Source of the DNA: a virus
Length of the DNA stretch: 64,000 nt
Reading direction: 5' to 3' (one strand)
Virus record (IMG/VR): IMGVR_UViG_3300030328_001638
Coordinates: 3,140 to 67,139 of that record
The position numbers and the translations under genes were made by a program. Positions 16,457-25,872 of this stretch are shown here, piece after piece (within the stretch, counting starts at the first letter, position 1; every line of letters starts with the position of its first letter). Below the pieces are notes generated by a model, which was not told the DNA's origin, made no database searches, and saw nothing but the letters and a program-made list of their open reading frames with translations.

Positions 16457-17083
16457 ATGGAAAAGAAAAACATTTTTAAAGCGTTAGCTGAATTTCAGCA
16501 AGAAGTACCTGTTCTATTAAAAGGAACAGATGGTTATGGATATAAATATGTTCAGCTTGAACACATTATAGCACAGATTAATCCAATATTAAAAAAACAT
16601 GATCTCGGTTTTACCCAACTTGTAGAGGGTAATGGGCTAAAAACAATTTTGTTTCACACTATTAGTGGAGAAACAATTGAATCTCATTCTTTTATTCCTG
16701 AATGCGATATGAAAGGTATGAACGCATACCAATCAGCAGGTGCAGGTATCACATATTTTAGAAGATATGCCTTATCTTCAATGCTTGGGATTATAGCTGA
16801 TGCTGATACTGATGCAAAGGTTTATACTGCTACACCTAAAAGAACTGATTCTAAAAAAGCATTAAATAAATTAATAGATGCTTTTGATCTTGAAGTTACT
16901 AATGTAAAACAATTAATTACTTTAAAAGAAAATGATGAGAATTGGGAGAGAGTAATTGAGTATATGAACAATCATCCAAAGGCCAAAGGAAAAAGCCTGG
17001 ACAAGATTGTAAAGGATCTTCAAGAAAAGTATGTGATAACATCAGCAGTTAAGAAAAAGCTGTCTAAACATTTAGATTTATAA
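16457..17083 (+). CDS. ERF-family single-strand annealing protein
   Basis: YKYVQL, QSAGAGITYFRRYALSSMLGI..D.D.DA. Confidence 0.9.
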   Translation: MEKKNIFKALAEFQQEVPVLLKGTDGYGYKYVQLEHIIAQINPILKKHDLGFTQLVEGNGLKTILFHTISGETIESHSFIPECDMKGMNAYQSAGAGITYFRRYALSSMLGIIADADTDAKVYTATPKRTDSKKALNKLIDAFDLEVTNVKQLITLKENDENWERVIEYMNNHPKAKGKSLDKIVKDLQEKYVITSAVKKKLSKHLDL

Positions 17084-17187
17084 TACCTTAAATTCAAAGG
17101 TAGTTAGGTATCAAGAGGGTGGAGATAGTTCATTAGAACGCATCTATGGAGGTCAAAATTATAAAAAAACTAAAAAAAAAGCATAAA

Positions 17188-17922
17188 ATGAGTGAAATAG
17201 GAGATTTAGAGAAATTAAAGGATGATAAGAATTACTATGGAGAATTTGGAAAAAAATGGTTATCAAATTCAGATATTTATTCTTTGCTTAATGATCCATT
17301 ATCTTTTCGTGTAGCCAAAGAACAAACCAAAGCAATGATAGAGGGTAGGTATTTTCATACTGCTTTATTAGAGCCACATAAAATTAAAAACTATAAAGTG
17401 GTGGATATGTCAAGTAGAAATACTAAAGCATACAAAGATTTGTTAGAGGATCATGGAGAGATTATGTTGTTAAAAAAAGAACAATCTAACTTGGACCAGA
17501 TGGTTTCAGTTATTAAAAACAACAAGGAAATGATTAAACAAATCTATGATATGGATAATCAATATGAAATTCCTGGTGTTAAAGAGATTATGGGGGTTAT
17601 GTGGAAAGGCAAAGCTGATATAATTTGTGAAGATAAAATAATTGACATCAAAAGTTCTGCTGACATTTCAAGATTTAAATGGTCAGCTTCTAAATATAAT
17701 TATGATAGCCAAGCTTATATTTACCAAAAGTTATTTGGAAAGCCTGTAGAGTTCTTTGTGATTGATAAAACAACACATCAATTAGCTATCTTTACTCCAT
17801 CTTTAGATTTTTTAGAAAGAGGTCAGGAAAAGGTAGGACAAGCTGTTGAGATTTATAATACTTTTTTTACACCTGAATCTACTGAAGATATAAATCAATA
17901 TGTACATTACGAAACTTTATAG
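17188..17922 (+). CDS. RecE/DUF3799-like PD-(D/E)XK exonuclease
   Basis: LSNSDI, G..FH..LLEP, KGKADI, IIDIKS, Y..QA.IY; start reassigned from 17146. Confidence 0.85.
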   Translation: MSEIGDLEKLKDDKNYYGEFGKKWLSNSDIYSLLNDPLSFRVAKEQTKAMIEGRYFHTALLEPHKIKNYKVVDMSSRNTKAYKDLLEDHGEIMLLKKEQSNLDQMVSVIKNNKEMIKQIYDMDNQYEIPGVKEIMGVMWKGKADIICEDKIIDIKSSADISRFKWSASKYNYDSQAYIYQKLFGKPVEFFVIDKTTHQLAIFTPSLDFLERGQEKVGQAVEIYNTFFTPESTEDINQYVHYETL

Positions 17923-17924
17923 CA

Positions 17925-18077
17925 ATGAAGAAAAGAAAATTAAATAGCAAGAATCCTAAATATAAAAAAGAGGAAGAAAAAGAAAAAAAGAAACTAACTA
18001 AAATACTAATAAATGAAAAAAAGAATTTTAAAATTTATGCAGTCTTTGAAGAACATCTTTCCGAAAAGAACGCCTAA
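17925..18077 (+). CDS. Small Lys-rich hypothetical protein
   Basis: Read manually (MKKRKLNSKNPKY...). Confidence 0.45.
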   Translation: MKKRKLNSKNPKYKKEEEKEKKKLTKILINEKKNFKIYAVFEEHLSEKNA

Positions 18078-18190
18078 AGGTACTATTATGTGGATAAGAG
18101 TTCCAATGTCCGTTAATAGTAAGGTCGAAAAAGAAGATTTAATCTTTGAGACAATGAATCATTTGGAACGAACAATTAAAATTATATAAT
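18038..18190 (+). CDS. Small hypothetical protein
   Basis: Read manually (MQSLKNIFPKRTPKG...); abuts the next ATG. Confidence 0.45.
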
Positions 18191-18442
18191 ATGAGTGAAG
18201 AAAAAATCTATGTAGGATCAGGAACATCTAAATTTGATGGAGATCAAGTTGCGTGTTCTGTTTGTTTAACAGACTTACCTCAAGAACATATGTTTGAATA
18301 TAGTGGTAAAAAATACATTAAGCTAATCGTTCAAAAGAAACGAGAGGTTGATCAGTATGGTAAAAGCCACTATGTCGCAGTTGACACTTGGAAGCCTGAA
18401 GAACAAAGCAAAGCAAAGGTAGAGAAAGATCTACCCTTTTAG
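18191..18442 (+). CDS. Putative single-stranded DNA-binding protein
   Basis: Small beta-rich protein ending in DLPF (SSB-type C-terminal tip); recombination cluster context. Confidence 0.55.
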   Translation: MSEEKIYVGSGTSKFDGDQVACSVCLTDLPQEHMFEYSGKKYIKLIVQKKREVDQYGKSHYVAVDTWKPEEQSKAKVEKDLPF

Positions 18443-18459
18443 TGTTTGATTGTTAAATT

Positions 18460-18487
18460 AAGGGGGGCAATCGCCCCTCTTTTTTTT
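18460..18487 (+). terminator. Intrinsic terminator
   Basis: AGGGGGGC-AATC-GCCCCTCT followed by T-run. Confidence 0.85.
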
Positions 18488-18503
18488 GGCCTTTTTTAAA
18501 AAG

Positions 18504-18679
18504 GTGTTGATTTTAGTTGGGTTTTATAAGCTTTTATATAATTTTCTACTCTTAATATTTTTATATATCATATTTATTAACTAATTTTCAACACTAAAAT
18601 GAAGAAAAATAGATAAGTAACTAATAATTAAATAGTTACAAAAAAAATAATCAACACAAAATCAACACAAAATCGACAC
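18504..18679. promoter_or_regulatory. Origin-like element B (iterons, AT-rich spacer, IHF-like site) directly upstream of primase
   Basis: GTGTTGATTT 18504; TCAACAC ending 18594; AATTAAatagTTA 18626-18638; AATCAACAC 18649 and 18660; AATCGACAC 18671 (11-bp phasing). Confidence 0.65.
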
Positions 18680-18682
18680 CAA

Positions 18683-21094
18683 ATGGAGATAACTATATTT
18701 AAAGACATTAAAAATACCTCTCAACCCTTCTATAGAGAGGTCGAAGTAGTATTAAAAAGGATACAAGAAGGAGCATCAAAAGATACTGTAAAAAGTATAC
18801 GACAAGAAAAAGACAAGTCAGAAAGAAACGTAATAAAGCAATCATTACCAGCTATATGTTTTTCTGGACAATTTACAAAAAGAAATGATTCCTCTTTAAG
18901 CGAACATTCAGGATTGATATGTTTGGATTTTGATGGGTATAATTCTACAAAGGATTTACTCCAAGAGAAAGAAAGATTATCTAAAGACAAGTATGTTTTT
19001 TCTACCTTCATAAGCCCAAGTGGACAAGGCCTGAAAGTGTTAGTAAAGATACCAAAGGAAGCAGAAAATCATAAGAATTATTTTTCTTCTTTAGAAAAAC
19101 ATTTTAATTCCCCATACTTTGATACTACATCTAAAAATATATCAAGAGTATGTTACGAATCTTATGATCCTCTAATTCATATCAATGTCAATTCAAGTCT
19201 TTGGGATACCATAATAGACCAAGAGTATACTGAGGTAACAAAAAATCAAGGGGTAGTGACTATTCCTGTAAGCGATGAAAATAAAATTGTAGAAATTTTA
19301 ATGAAATGGTGGGAATCAAAGTATGGTTTAAAGTCAGGAGAAAGAAACAATAATGTATATATTTTAGCATCTGCGTTTAATGACTTTGGTGTTAATCAAA
19401 ATTTAGCTGAATATGTAATGAGTCAATTTTCCTCTAAAGATTTTCCCTCTGCAGAAGTAAAGAGAACAATACAATCTGCTTATTCTAATAAACAAAATTT
19501 TGGTACTAAATTTTATGAGGATGAAGAGAAGGTAAATCAAATAAAGCAAAAATTAAGAAGTGGAGTAACAAAAAAAGAAATTAGATCTCAATTAGTAGAT
19601 GAAAATATTGAGGTCGGTATAATTGATAATGTCATCAACAAGTTAGAAGAGGAATCAGCTAATCATATTTTTTGGAGTAAAAATGAAAAAGGAGTAATTA
19701 AAATTGTACATATACTTTTTAAAAATTTCCTGGAAGAAAATGGGTTCTACAAGTTTAACCCTGAAGGAAGTAAATCTTATGTATTTGTCAAAGTAACCAA
19801 CAATTTAATTGACCATACCTCTGAAAAAGAAATTAAAGATTTCATTCTAAATTACCTCTTACAAGTAGAGGACTACACTATCTATAACTACTTTGCAGAA
19901 CACACACGATATTTTAGAGAAGAGTTTCTTACCCTACTATCTTCTATTAATGTATATTTTATAGAGGATACAAAGGATACAGCTTATTTATATTATAAAA
20001 ACTGCGCTGTTCAGTTGACTAAAGACCAAATTACTACAATAGATTATATAGATTTAGGTGGGTATGTATGGAAGGATCATGTAATAGACAGAACATTTAC
20101 TTTATGTGATGTAGGGGGTTGTGAATACAAAACCTTTATCTCAAATATTTGTGGTGCTGATGAGTCAAGAATCAAATCTATGGAAACCACCATAGGATAT
20201 TTATTGCATGGATGGAAAAATTTAGCTTATTGTCCCGCAGTTATTTTAAATGATGAAGTGATTACAGACAATCCAGAAGGTGGTACAGGAAAAGGACTTT
20301 TTATGAATGCATTAAGTCATATGAAAAAATTAGTTTTTATTGATGGAAAATCTTTTAATTTTGAAAGATCCTTCGCTTACCAAACAGTATCTGCTGATAC
20401 TCAAATTTTATGTTTTGATGATGTAAAGAAGTATTTTGATTTTGAAAGACTCTTTAGTGTTATTACAGAAGGATTAACTTTAGAGAAGAAAAACAAAGAT
20501 GCTATTAAGATTCCTTTTAGCAAGTCGCCTAAGATTGCTATAACTACCAACTATGCAATAAGTGGAGAAGGGACAAGTTTTGAAAGAAGGAAGTGGGAGT
20601 TAGAACTTGCTCAATACTATACCAAAGATTTTACACCCCTTGTAGAATTTGGAAGATTAATGTTTGGAGAATGGAATGATGATGAATGGTGTCAGTTTGA
20701 CAACTATATGATAAAGAACTTACAAAACTATTTAGGATCAGGATTATTAAAGAGTGAATTTGTTAATCTTAGAATTAGAAAACTTTCTGCTAAGACAGGG
20801 CATGATTTTATAGAATGGTGTGGGATAATTGGTACAACTCCATATCAAGATAAACTAAAGTATAATCAAAAGATATATAAAAATGATTTGTATATAGATT
20901 TTGTTGAAGAAAATCCTGACAGATCCATAAGAGGTAAGATGACTATTAGTAGGACCAGGTTTTATAAATGGTTAATATCTTATGGAATATTTCAATATGG
21001 AATTGCTCCAGATGAAGGAAGAGATAATTCAGGAAAATGGATAAAGTTTGTGAGTAAGCAATCTAAAGAAGTAAATGGAAGATTAGACTTATGA
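18683..21094 (+). CDS. Primase-helicase (VirE-N/BT4734-like primase, PriCT, P-loop helicase)
   Basis: SGLICLDFD, FISPSGQGLK, GERNN, Walker A GGTGKG, Walker B LCFDD. Confidence 0.88.
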   Translation: MEITIFKDIKNTSQPFYREVEVVLKRIQEGASKDTVKSIRQEKDKSERNVIKQSLPAICFSGQFTKRNDSSLSEHSGLICLDFDGYNSTKDLLQEKERLSKDKYVFSTFISPSGQGLKVLVKIPKEAENHKNYFSSLEKHFNSPYFDTTSKNISRVCYESYDPLIHINVNSSLWDTIIDQEYTEVTKNQGVVTIPVSDENKIVEILMKWWESKYGLKSGERNNNVYILASAFNDFGVNQNLAEYVMSQFSSKDFPSAEVKRTIQSAYSNKQNFGTKFYEDEEKVNQIKQKLRSGVTKKEIRSQLVDENIEVGIIDNVINKLEEESANHIFWSKNEKGVIKIVHILFKNFLEENGFYKFNPEGSKSYVFVKVTNNLIDHTSEKEIKDFILNYLLQVEDYTIYNYFAEHTRYFREEFLTLLSSINVYFIEDTKDTAYLYYKNCAVQLTKDQITTIDYIDLGGYVWKDHVIDRTFTLCDVGGCEYKTFISNICGADESRIKSMETTIGYLLHGWKNLAYCPAVILNDEVITDNPEGGTGKGLFMNALSHMKKLVFIDGKSFNFERSFAYQTVSADTQILCFDDVKKYFDFERLFSVITEGLTLEKKNKDAIKIPFSKSPKIAITTNYAISGEGTSFERRKWELELAQYYTKDFTPLVEFGRLMFGEWNDDEWCQFDNYMIKNLQNYLGSGLLKSEFVNLRIRKLSAKTGHDFIEWCGIIGTTPYQDKLKYNQKIYKNDLYIDFVEENPDRSIRGKMTISRTRFYKWLISYGIFQYGIAPDEGRDNSGKWIKFVSKQSKEVNGRLDL

Positions 21095-21714
21095 AAATTT
21101 TAATTGCTTGTGAGGAGTCTCAAACTATAACTAATCTATTTAGAGCTAAAGGATATGAAGCTTATTCTTGTGATCTGTTGGATTGTAGCGGGGGTAATCC
21201 TCAATACCATTACAAAGGAGATGCTTTAGTTTATGCTTATAGTGGTCAATTTGATATGATGATTGCTCATCCCCCTTGTACATTTTTAGCAGTTAGTGGA
21301 GCGAGATGGATGTATAATAAAGATGGGAGTGTTAATCAAGAACGCTTATTAAATCAAAGGAAAGCTTTAGAGTTTGTCAGGTTATTAATGAATGCACCGA
21401 TTGAAAAAATTGCTATAGAGAACCCTGTTAGCGTTATCTCCACTAAAATAAGAAAGCCTGATCAGATAGTACAACCTTATTGGTTTGGAGATGAAGCTCG
21501 TAAAACCACTTGTCTATGGTTAAAAAATTTACCCTTACTTAAGCCTACTAACATAGTAGGGAAGGGAGAGCAGGTAGTTTATAAAAGTGGAAAATCACAC
21601 CCTAAATGGTATGCTGAAGCTTTAACCAAAGCTAAAACTCCTGAAGAGAGGAGAAGATTAAGAAGTAAAACTTTTCCAGGAATGGCTAATGCAATAGTTG
21701 AGCAATGGGTATAG
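21091..21714 (+). CDS. C5-cytosine DNA methyltransferase (ACEES..HPPC type)
   Basis: LIACEESQ, AHPPCT, IENP, RSKTFPG.A.A...QW. Confidence 0.85.
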   Translation: MKILIACEESQTITNLFRAKGYEAYSCDLLDCSGGNPQYHYKGDALVYAYSGQFDMMIAHPPCTFLAVSGARWMYNKDGSVNQERLLNQRKALEFVRLLMNAPIEKIAIENPVSVISTKIRKPDQIVQPYWFGDEARKTTCLWLKNLPLLKPTNIVGKGEQVVYKSGKSHPKWYAEALTKAKTPEERRRLRSKTFPGMANAIVEQWV

Positions 21715-22961
21715 AACTACGGCCATATCAACAAGATATTATAACACGAGGTGTTACTGTGTTACAAAACCATAAATTTATTTATTTAGCTATGGAAGTT
21801 AGGACAGGTAAAACTATTACATCATTAAAAATGCTAACTTATTTATGGGCGAAGCTTGTTAATTCAGATGAGAAAAAAGTTTTATTTATTACCAAGAAAA
21901 AAGCTATCTCAAGTATTGAAAGAGATTACGACTTATCTCATTCTAATTTTGACATAATGATTACTAACTACGAATCTTTACATAAAGTGCCGACAAAAGG
22001 ATGGGACGGGGTAATTTTAGATGAAGCTCATTCTATGGGAAAATACCCTAAACCAAGTAAGAGAGCTAAGCAGGTAAAGGAATTGCTTTACAAGTCTAAA
22101 CCCTATGTTATCTTATTGTCAGGTACGCCTACACCAGAATCTTATAGTCAAATGTATCACCAAGTATATGGGATAGAAAGAAATCCTTTTATTCAATATA
22201 AAAACTTTTATGCATTCTCTAAACGATATGTTAATGTTACTCAAAAAAAATTTGGTGGAATGGTGGTTAATGATTATTCAAATGGATCAGAATTAATTCT
22301 ACACCATATGAAACCTTTTACTATTTCTTATACGCAAAAATTAGCAGGATTTGAAACAGATATAGAAGAAGAGATCATGTATGTAAACCTTCAAGAAAAA
22401 ACTACTCAGCTAATTAAAAGATTAAAGAAAAATTTAGTAATAGAAGGAAAAGGAGAAGTTATTCTTGGAGATACTGCAGTAAAATTAATGATGAAAATAC
22501 ATCAGCTATGCTCGGGTACAGTAAAATTTGAATCAGGTAACTCTATGGTTTTGGATTATAATAAAGCACATATTATATACAATAAGTTTAAGGATGTTAA
22601 AATAGCTATGTTTTATAAATTTAAAAAAGAGTTAGAAGCTATACAACACATCTACAAAGAGCAGGTTACAACTGAATTAGATGAGTTTAACAATACAGAT
22701 AAGTCTATTGCTTTACAGATTGTTAGTGGGCGTGAAGGTATAAGTTTAAAGAATGCTAAATTTTTAATTTATTATAATATAGATTTTAGTGCCACATCGT
22801 ATTGGCAGTCAAGAGATAGAATGACTACTAAAGACAGGAAGTATAATAAAATCTATTGGATTTTCAGTAAAAACGGTATTGAAGATAAAATTTATAAAGC
22901 AGTAATTAAGAAAAAAGACTATACTCTTAATCATTTTAGAAGAGATTTATTAGATTTGTAA
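21705..22961 (+). CDS. SNF2-like SF2 helicase
   Basis: LRPYQ, RTGKT, LDEAH, LSGTP, SGREGISL, QSRDR. Confidence 0.88.
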   Translation: MGIELRPYQQDIITRGVTVLQNHKFIYLAMEVRTGKTITSLKMLTYLWAKLVNSDEKKVLFITKKKAISSIERDYDLSHSNFDIMITNYESLHKVPTKGWDGVILDEAHSMGKYPKPSKRAKQVKELLYKSKPYVILLSGTPTPESYSQMYHQVYGIERNPFIQYKNFYAFSKRYVNVTQKKFGGMVVNDYSNGSELILHHMKPFTISYTQKLAGFETDIEEEIMYVNLQEKTTQLIKRLKKNLVIEGKGEVILGDTAVKLMMKIHQLCSGTVKFESGNSMVLDYNKAHIIYNKFKDVKIAMFYKFKKELEAIQHIYKEQVTTELDEFNNTDKSIALQIVSGREGISLKNAKFLIYYNIDFSATSYWQSRDRMTTKDRKYNKIYWIFSKNGIEDKIYKAVIKKKDYTLNHFRRDLLDL

Positions 22962-22962
22962 T

Positions 22963-23202
22963 ATGACAGAACAACAAATACAAGCTAAGCGAATAAAGCA
23001 ATTAGAAAATCAAGGATACTATGTAATAAAGCTTATTAAAACAAATAAAAATGGGATACCTGATCTTATTGCTATACCCCACAATTGTGGAGTAGTGTTT
23101 AGTGAAATTAAAAAACCTAAAGGAAAGGTTTCTGCAATTCAGCAGTTTAGAATAAATGAATTAAAAAAACATGGAATCGAGACTGAAATTTATAGAGGAT
23201 AA
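22963..23202 (+). CDS. VRR-NUC nuclease
   Basis: EQQIQ, GIPDL, EIKKPKG.VS..Q. Confidence 0.85.
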   Translation: MTEQQIQAKRIKQLENQGYYVIKLIKTNKNGIPDLIAIPHNCGVVFSEIKKPKGKVSAIQQFRINELKKHGIETEIYRG

Positions 23203-23545
23203 TGAATTTGATGTAGATGATTTTTTTATAGAAGCAATGTTGGAAATTGAAATGCCTGTTGCTTTGAAGATTGCTATGTTTTTAAATGAAAATAATATAG
23301 AAGTAACAACAAATAATTTAGTGTCCCACGTGTTAGGCGGATTGATTATGTATAATAAAAAACCTATAACATTTGCAGTAGAAATCATAAAAGCTGATTC
23401 AGAATATATGACCTTTACAGATATTACTTTAATTTCTATAGATGAGTACTTAGACTTAATGAACTTAAATTTATATATAAAATCCAATGAACGTACTAAA
23501 AGTAAATCGTTTAAAAACGATAGTCAACAATGTCTTCAATGTTAA
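23171..23545 (+). CDS. Hypothetical protein
   Basis: ORF track. Confidence 0.6.
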   Translation: MESRLKFIEDNEFDVDDFFIEAMLEIEMPVALKIAMFLNENNIEVTTNNLVSHVLGGLIMYNKKPITFAVEIIKADSEYMTFTDITLISIDEYLDLMNLNLYIKSNERTKSKSFKNDSQQCLQC

Positions 23546-23915
23546 TGTGGACAGTAAAAACCGAGAAACAAACACTATAGAGGCTCGAGCTACCTGCTAT
23601 ACCATCCTTCGCAAAGAGTGTCATATAAGCTATCAGGAGATAGGAAAATACTTTTTAAAAAACCATGCCACAGTAATACATGGGGTTAATGAATTTCCTT
23701 ACATGCTTAAATATAATCCTCGTTTATCGATTAATTATGAATTGTGCAGAAAAATGTTCAAAGAAAATAATGAGTTGTTTGATGATAGTTTAGATGTTGT
23801 TGATATGATGTTAATAAAAAAAAGTGTGGATAAGTTAGAAAAAGCCAATTGTGTTTTATCTTTAGCTATAACTAAACTTGAGGAAGAATTAGATAAATTA
23901 AAGAACCCATTATAA
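23487..23915 (+). CDS. Second DnaA domain-IV-like HTH protein with C-terminal coiled coil
   Basis: KNRE...IEAR...SYQEIGKYF.KNHATVIHG. Confidence 0.75.
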   Translation: MNVLKVNRLKTIVNNVFNVNVDSKNRETNTIEARATCYTILRKECHISYQEIGKYFLKNHATVIHGVNEFPYMLKYNPRLSINYELCRKMFKENNELFDDSLDVVDMMLIKKSVDKLEKANCVLSLAITKLEEELDKLKNPL

Positions 23916-24107
23916 ATGTCCCGTATTGCTAAAGAAGATGTCAATGCTATTAATCACATCAACTATGTGGCTAATAACATTCACGACTTTGGAGATGATA
24001 TTTATGAGGATTTAATGGAAAGAGATCATGAAGAAGCAAAAAAGAAGGCGCAAAAATTAATTCAAATTCTCGCTGAACTTATTCAATCCCTTACCGATGA
24101 AATATAA
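23916..24107 (+). CDS. Hypothetical protein
   Basis: ORF track. Confidence 0.65.
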   Translation: MSRIAKEDVNAINHINYVANNIHDFGDDIYEDLMERDHEEAKKKAQKLIQILAELIQSLTDEI

Positions 24108-24855
24108 TACCCCCGACCTTATTCCTGGAGACAAAAACACTATAGACGAAATTAGACCTCGTCTTTCAGGGAATAAAAGAAAAGCTTTTGAAAACCTCAA
24201 TAAAAAAGAACGTAGAATTTTAATTATAGGAGATTTACACGCTCCTTTTGTATTATCTGGATACTTAGAGCATTGTCAAGAAGTGTACGCTAATTATAAC
24301 TGCAATCAAGTAATCTACATAGGGGATATTTTAGATAATCACGCTTTTTCATATCACGAACCAGATCCTGACGGTCTTTCTCCAGGCTCAGAACTTAAGA
24401 TGGCTAAAAAGTTTGTAAAAGAATGGTATGCTGCCTTTCCTAAAGCTGATGTGCTAATTGGAAATCATGATCGTATGGCTTCCAGGAAGGCCATGACAGG
24501 GGGAGTACCTTCAGCGTGGATAAGATCATATAACGATGTCTTAGGCACTCCTAAGTGGAATTGGGTAGAAAATATAGTGTATGATAATGTTCTTTATGAG
24601 CATGGAGAGGGAGGACAGGCTCGTACTAAAGCTAAAAACAATATGATGTCAAGCGTTTGCGGTCACACCCACACAGAAGCTTATGTTCATTGGTTTGTGG
24701 GAAAGAGGTTTAGAGTGTTTGCAATGCAGGTAGGGTGTGGAGTAGATGCTAAATCTTATGCTGCTGCTTATGCTAAGAATTTTAAAAAACAAAGTATATC
24801 TTGTGGGGTGGTTATAGGAGGCCATACTGCTATAAATTGTATGATGGAGTTATGA
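24097..24855 (+). CDS. Calcineurin-like metallophosphoesterase
   Basis: GDLH, GDILD, GNHD, EHG, GHTH. Confidence 0.9.
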   Translation: MKYNTPDLIPGDKNTIDEIRPRLSGNKRKAFENLNKKERRILIIGDLHAPFVLSGYLEHCQEVYANYNCNQVIYIGDILDNHAFSYHEPDPDGLSPGSELKMAKKFVKEWYAAFPKADVLIGNHDRMASRKAMTGGVPSAWIRSYNDVLGTPKWNWVENIVYDNVLYEHGEGGQARTKAKNNMMSSVCGHTHTEAYVHWFVGKRFRVFAMQVGCGVDAKSYAAAYAKNFKKQSISCGVVIGGHTAINCMMEL

Positions 24856-25241
24856 AGCACCCTAAAGGCGATTATTTAGAAATGCTCAAAAAAATAGGAG
24901 TAACTGAGGAAGAAATGACTGAGATAACTCATAACTGCAAGGTGATTAAGTTTCCTAACGACTCTGTAAAAAGAAAGAAATCTAAGATTCATGGCTATGG
25001 TATGTTTGCGAAAGTTAATATAAAATCAGGGGAGATTATAGGCTTAGCTTCTATTAATGCTTTACATAAAACTTATATAGGGAGATATACTAATCATTCT
25101 TCTATCCCAAATGTCGAATTTTTATATTTAGATAATTACGATACCATTGCGCTGGCTAAAAGAAAAATAAAAAAAGGAGAAGAATTGCTGGTAGATTATA
25201 GCAACCATCTCTTAAATCCAAAATTTTATATTTTAAAATAA
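24852..25241 (+). CDS. SET-domain protein-lysine methyltransferase
   Basis: SKIHGYGMFA, RYTNHS..PN, IKKGEELLVDY; start reassigned to ATGA overlap at 24852. Confidence 0.85.
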   Translation: MKHPKGDYLEMLKKIGVTEEEMTEITHNCKVIKFPNDSVKRKKSKIHGYGMFAKVNIKSGEIIGLASINALHKTYIGRYTNHSSIPNVEFLYLDNYDTIALAKRKIKKGEELLVDYSNHLLNPKFYILK

Positions 25242-25645
25242 TGAATAAAACAATAGCTCAAGAATTAAAAGTGTTTGCAACGGTTGTTGCTAATAGGTTT
25301 TCTCAAACTAAGAGAGAAGGAAATGTTTCAGATGAAACTTTTGAAGTTTATGAAATAATACCTACCTCTGATCAGACAGCTATCGTATTTTTTAAAAAGA
25401 ATACCGCTAAGTTAGGCATGGGATTTTTTTATTATATAGCTCGTGGAGTTTCGCAAGGGTGGAAATATTTTTTTCCTACTGATTCTCATATTGTTGGAAT
25501 GATGGCATCCCATTATTATAAATTAGAGGTTGAAAGAAAAAATTATGGAAAAAACTTTATTGATCCCAATTCTTTAGTAGATCAGTATAATAGAAACCGA
25601 TCTCCTGAAGACCATATATCTTCTCCTGAAGAGATTAAAAGATAA
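25241..25645 (+). CDS. Hypothetical protein
   Basis: ORF track; last plus-strand gene. Confidence 0.7.
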   Translation: MNKTIAQELKVFATVVANRFSQTKREGNVSDETFEVYEIIPTSDQTAIVFFKKNTAKLGMGFFYYIARGVSQGWKYFFPTDSHIVGMMASHYYKLEVERKNYGKNFIDPNSLVDQYNRNRSPEDHISSPEEIKR

Positions 25646-25871
25646 ATTTATTTAACTCTTTCATTTGCAACAGCTCGTGGCATTTTTCATATTCTTCTGT
25701 GGAGATATAGTAATCTATCAAACAATCGTATGCATCGCCTTCCATTACTTTTATAGGTTGGTACGGATTAAAAATAACAGCTAACTCTTCTTCAGTTTCT
25801 AATATCTCTTCAAATGTCTTACGGCCTGTTATTAATAAATAACTATCTTCCATTAACTTTCTATCATCCAT
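25635..25871 (-). CDS. Hypothetical protein (UVR-like C-terminus)
   Basis: EEYEKCHELL. Confidence 0.65.
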   Translation of the reverse strand: MDDRKLMEDSYLLITGRKTFEEILETEEELAVIFNPYQPIKVMEGDAYDCLIDYYISTEEYEKCHELLQMKELNKFIF

Positions 25872-25872
25872 A

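Noticed and set aside
20158-20185. CTGATGAGTC in the primase gene
   Set aside because: No GAAA or stem III at the proper position; explained by codons ADES
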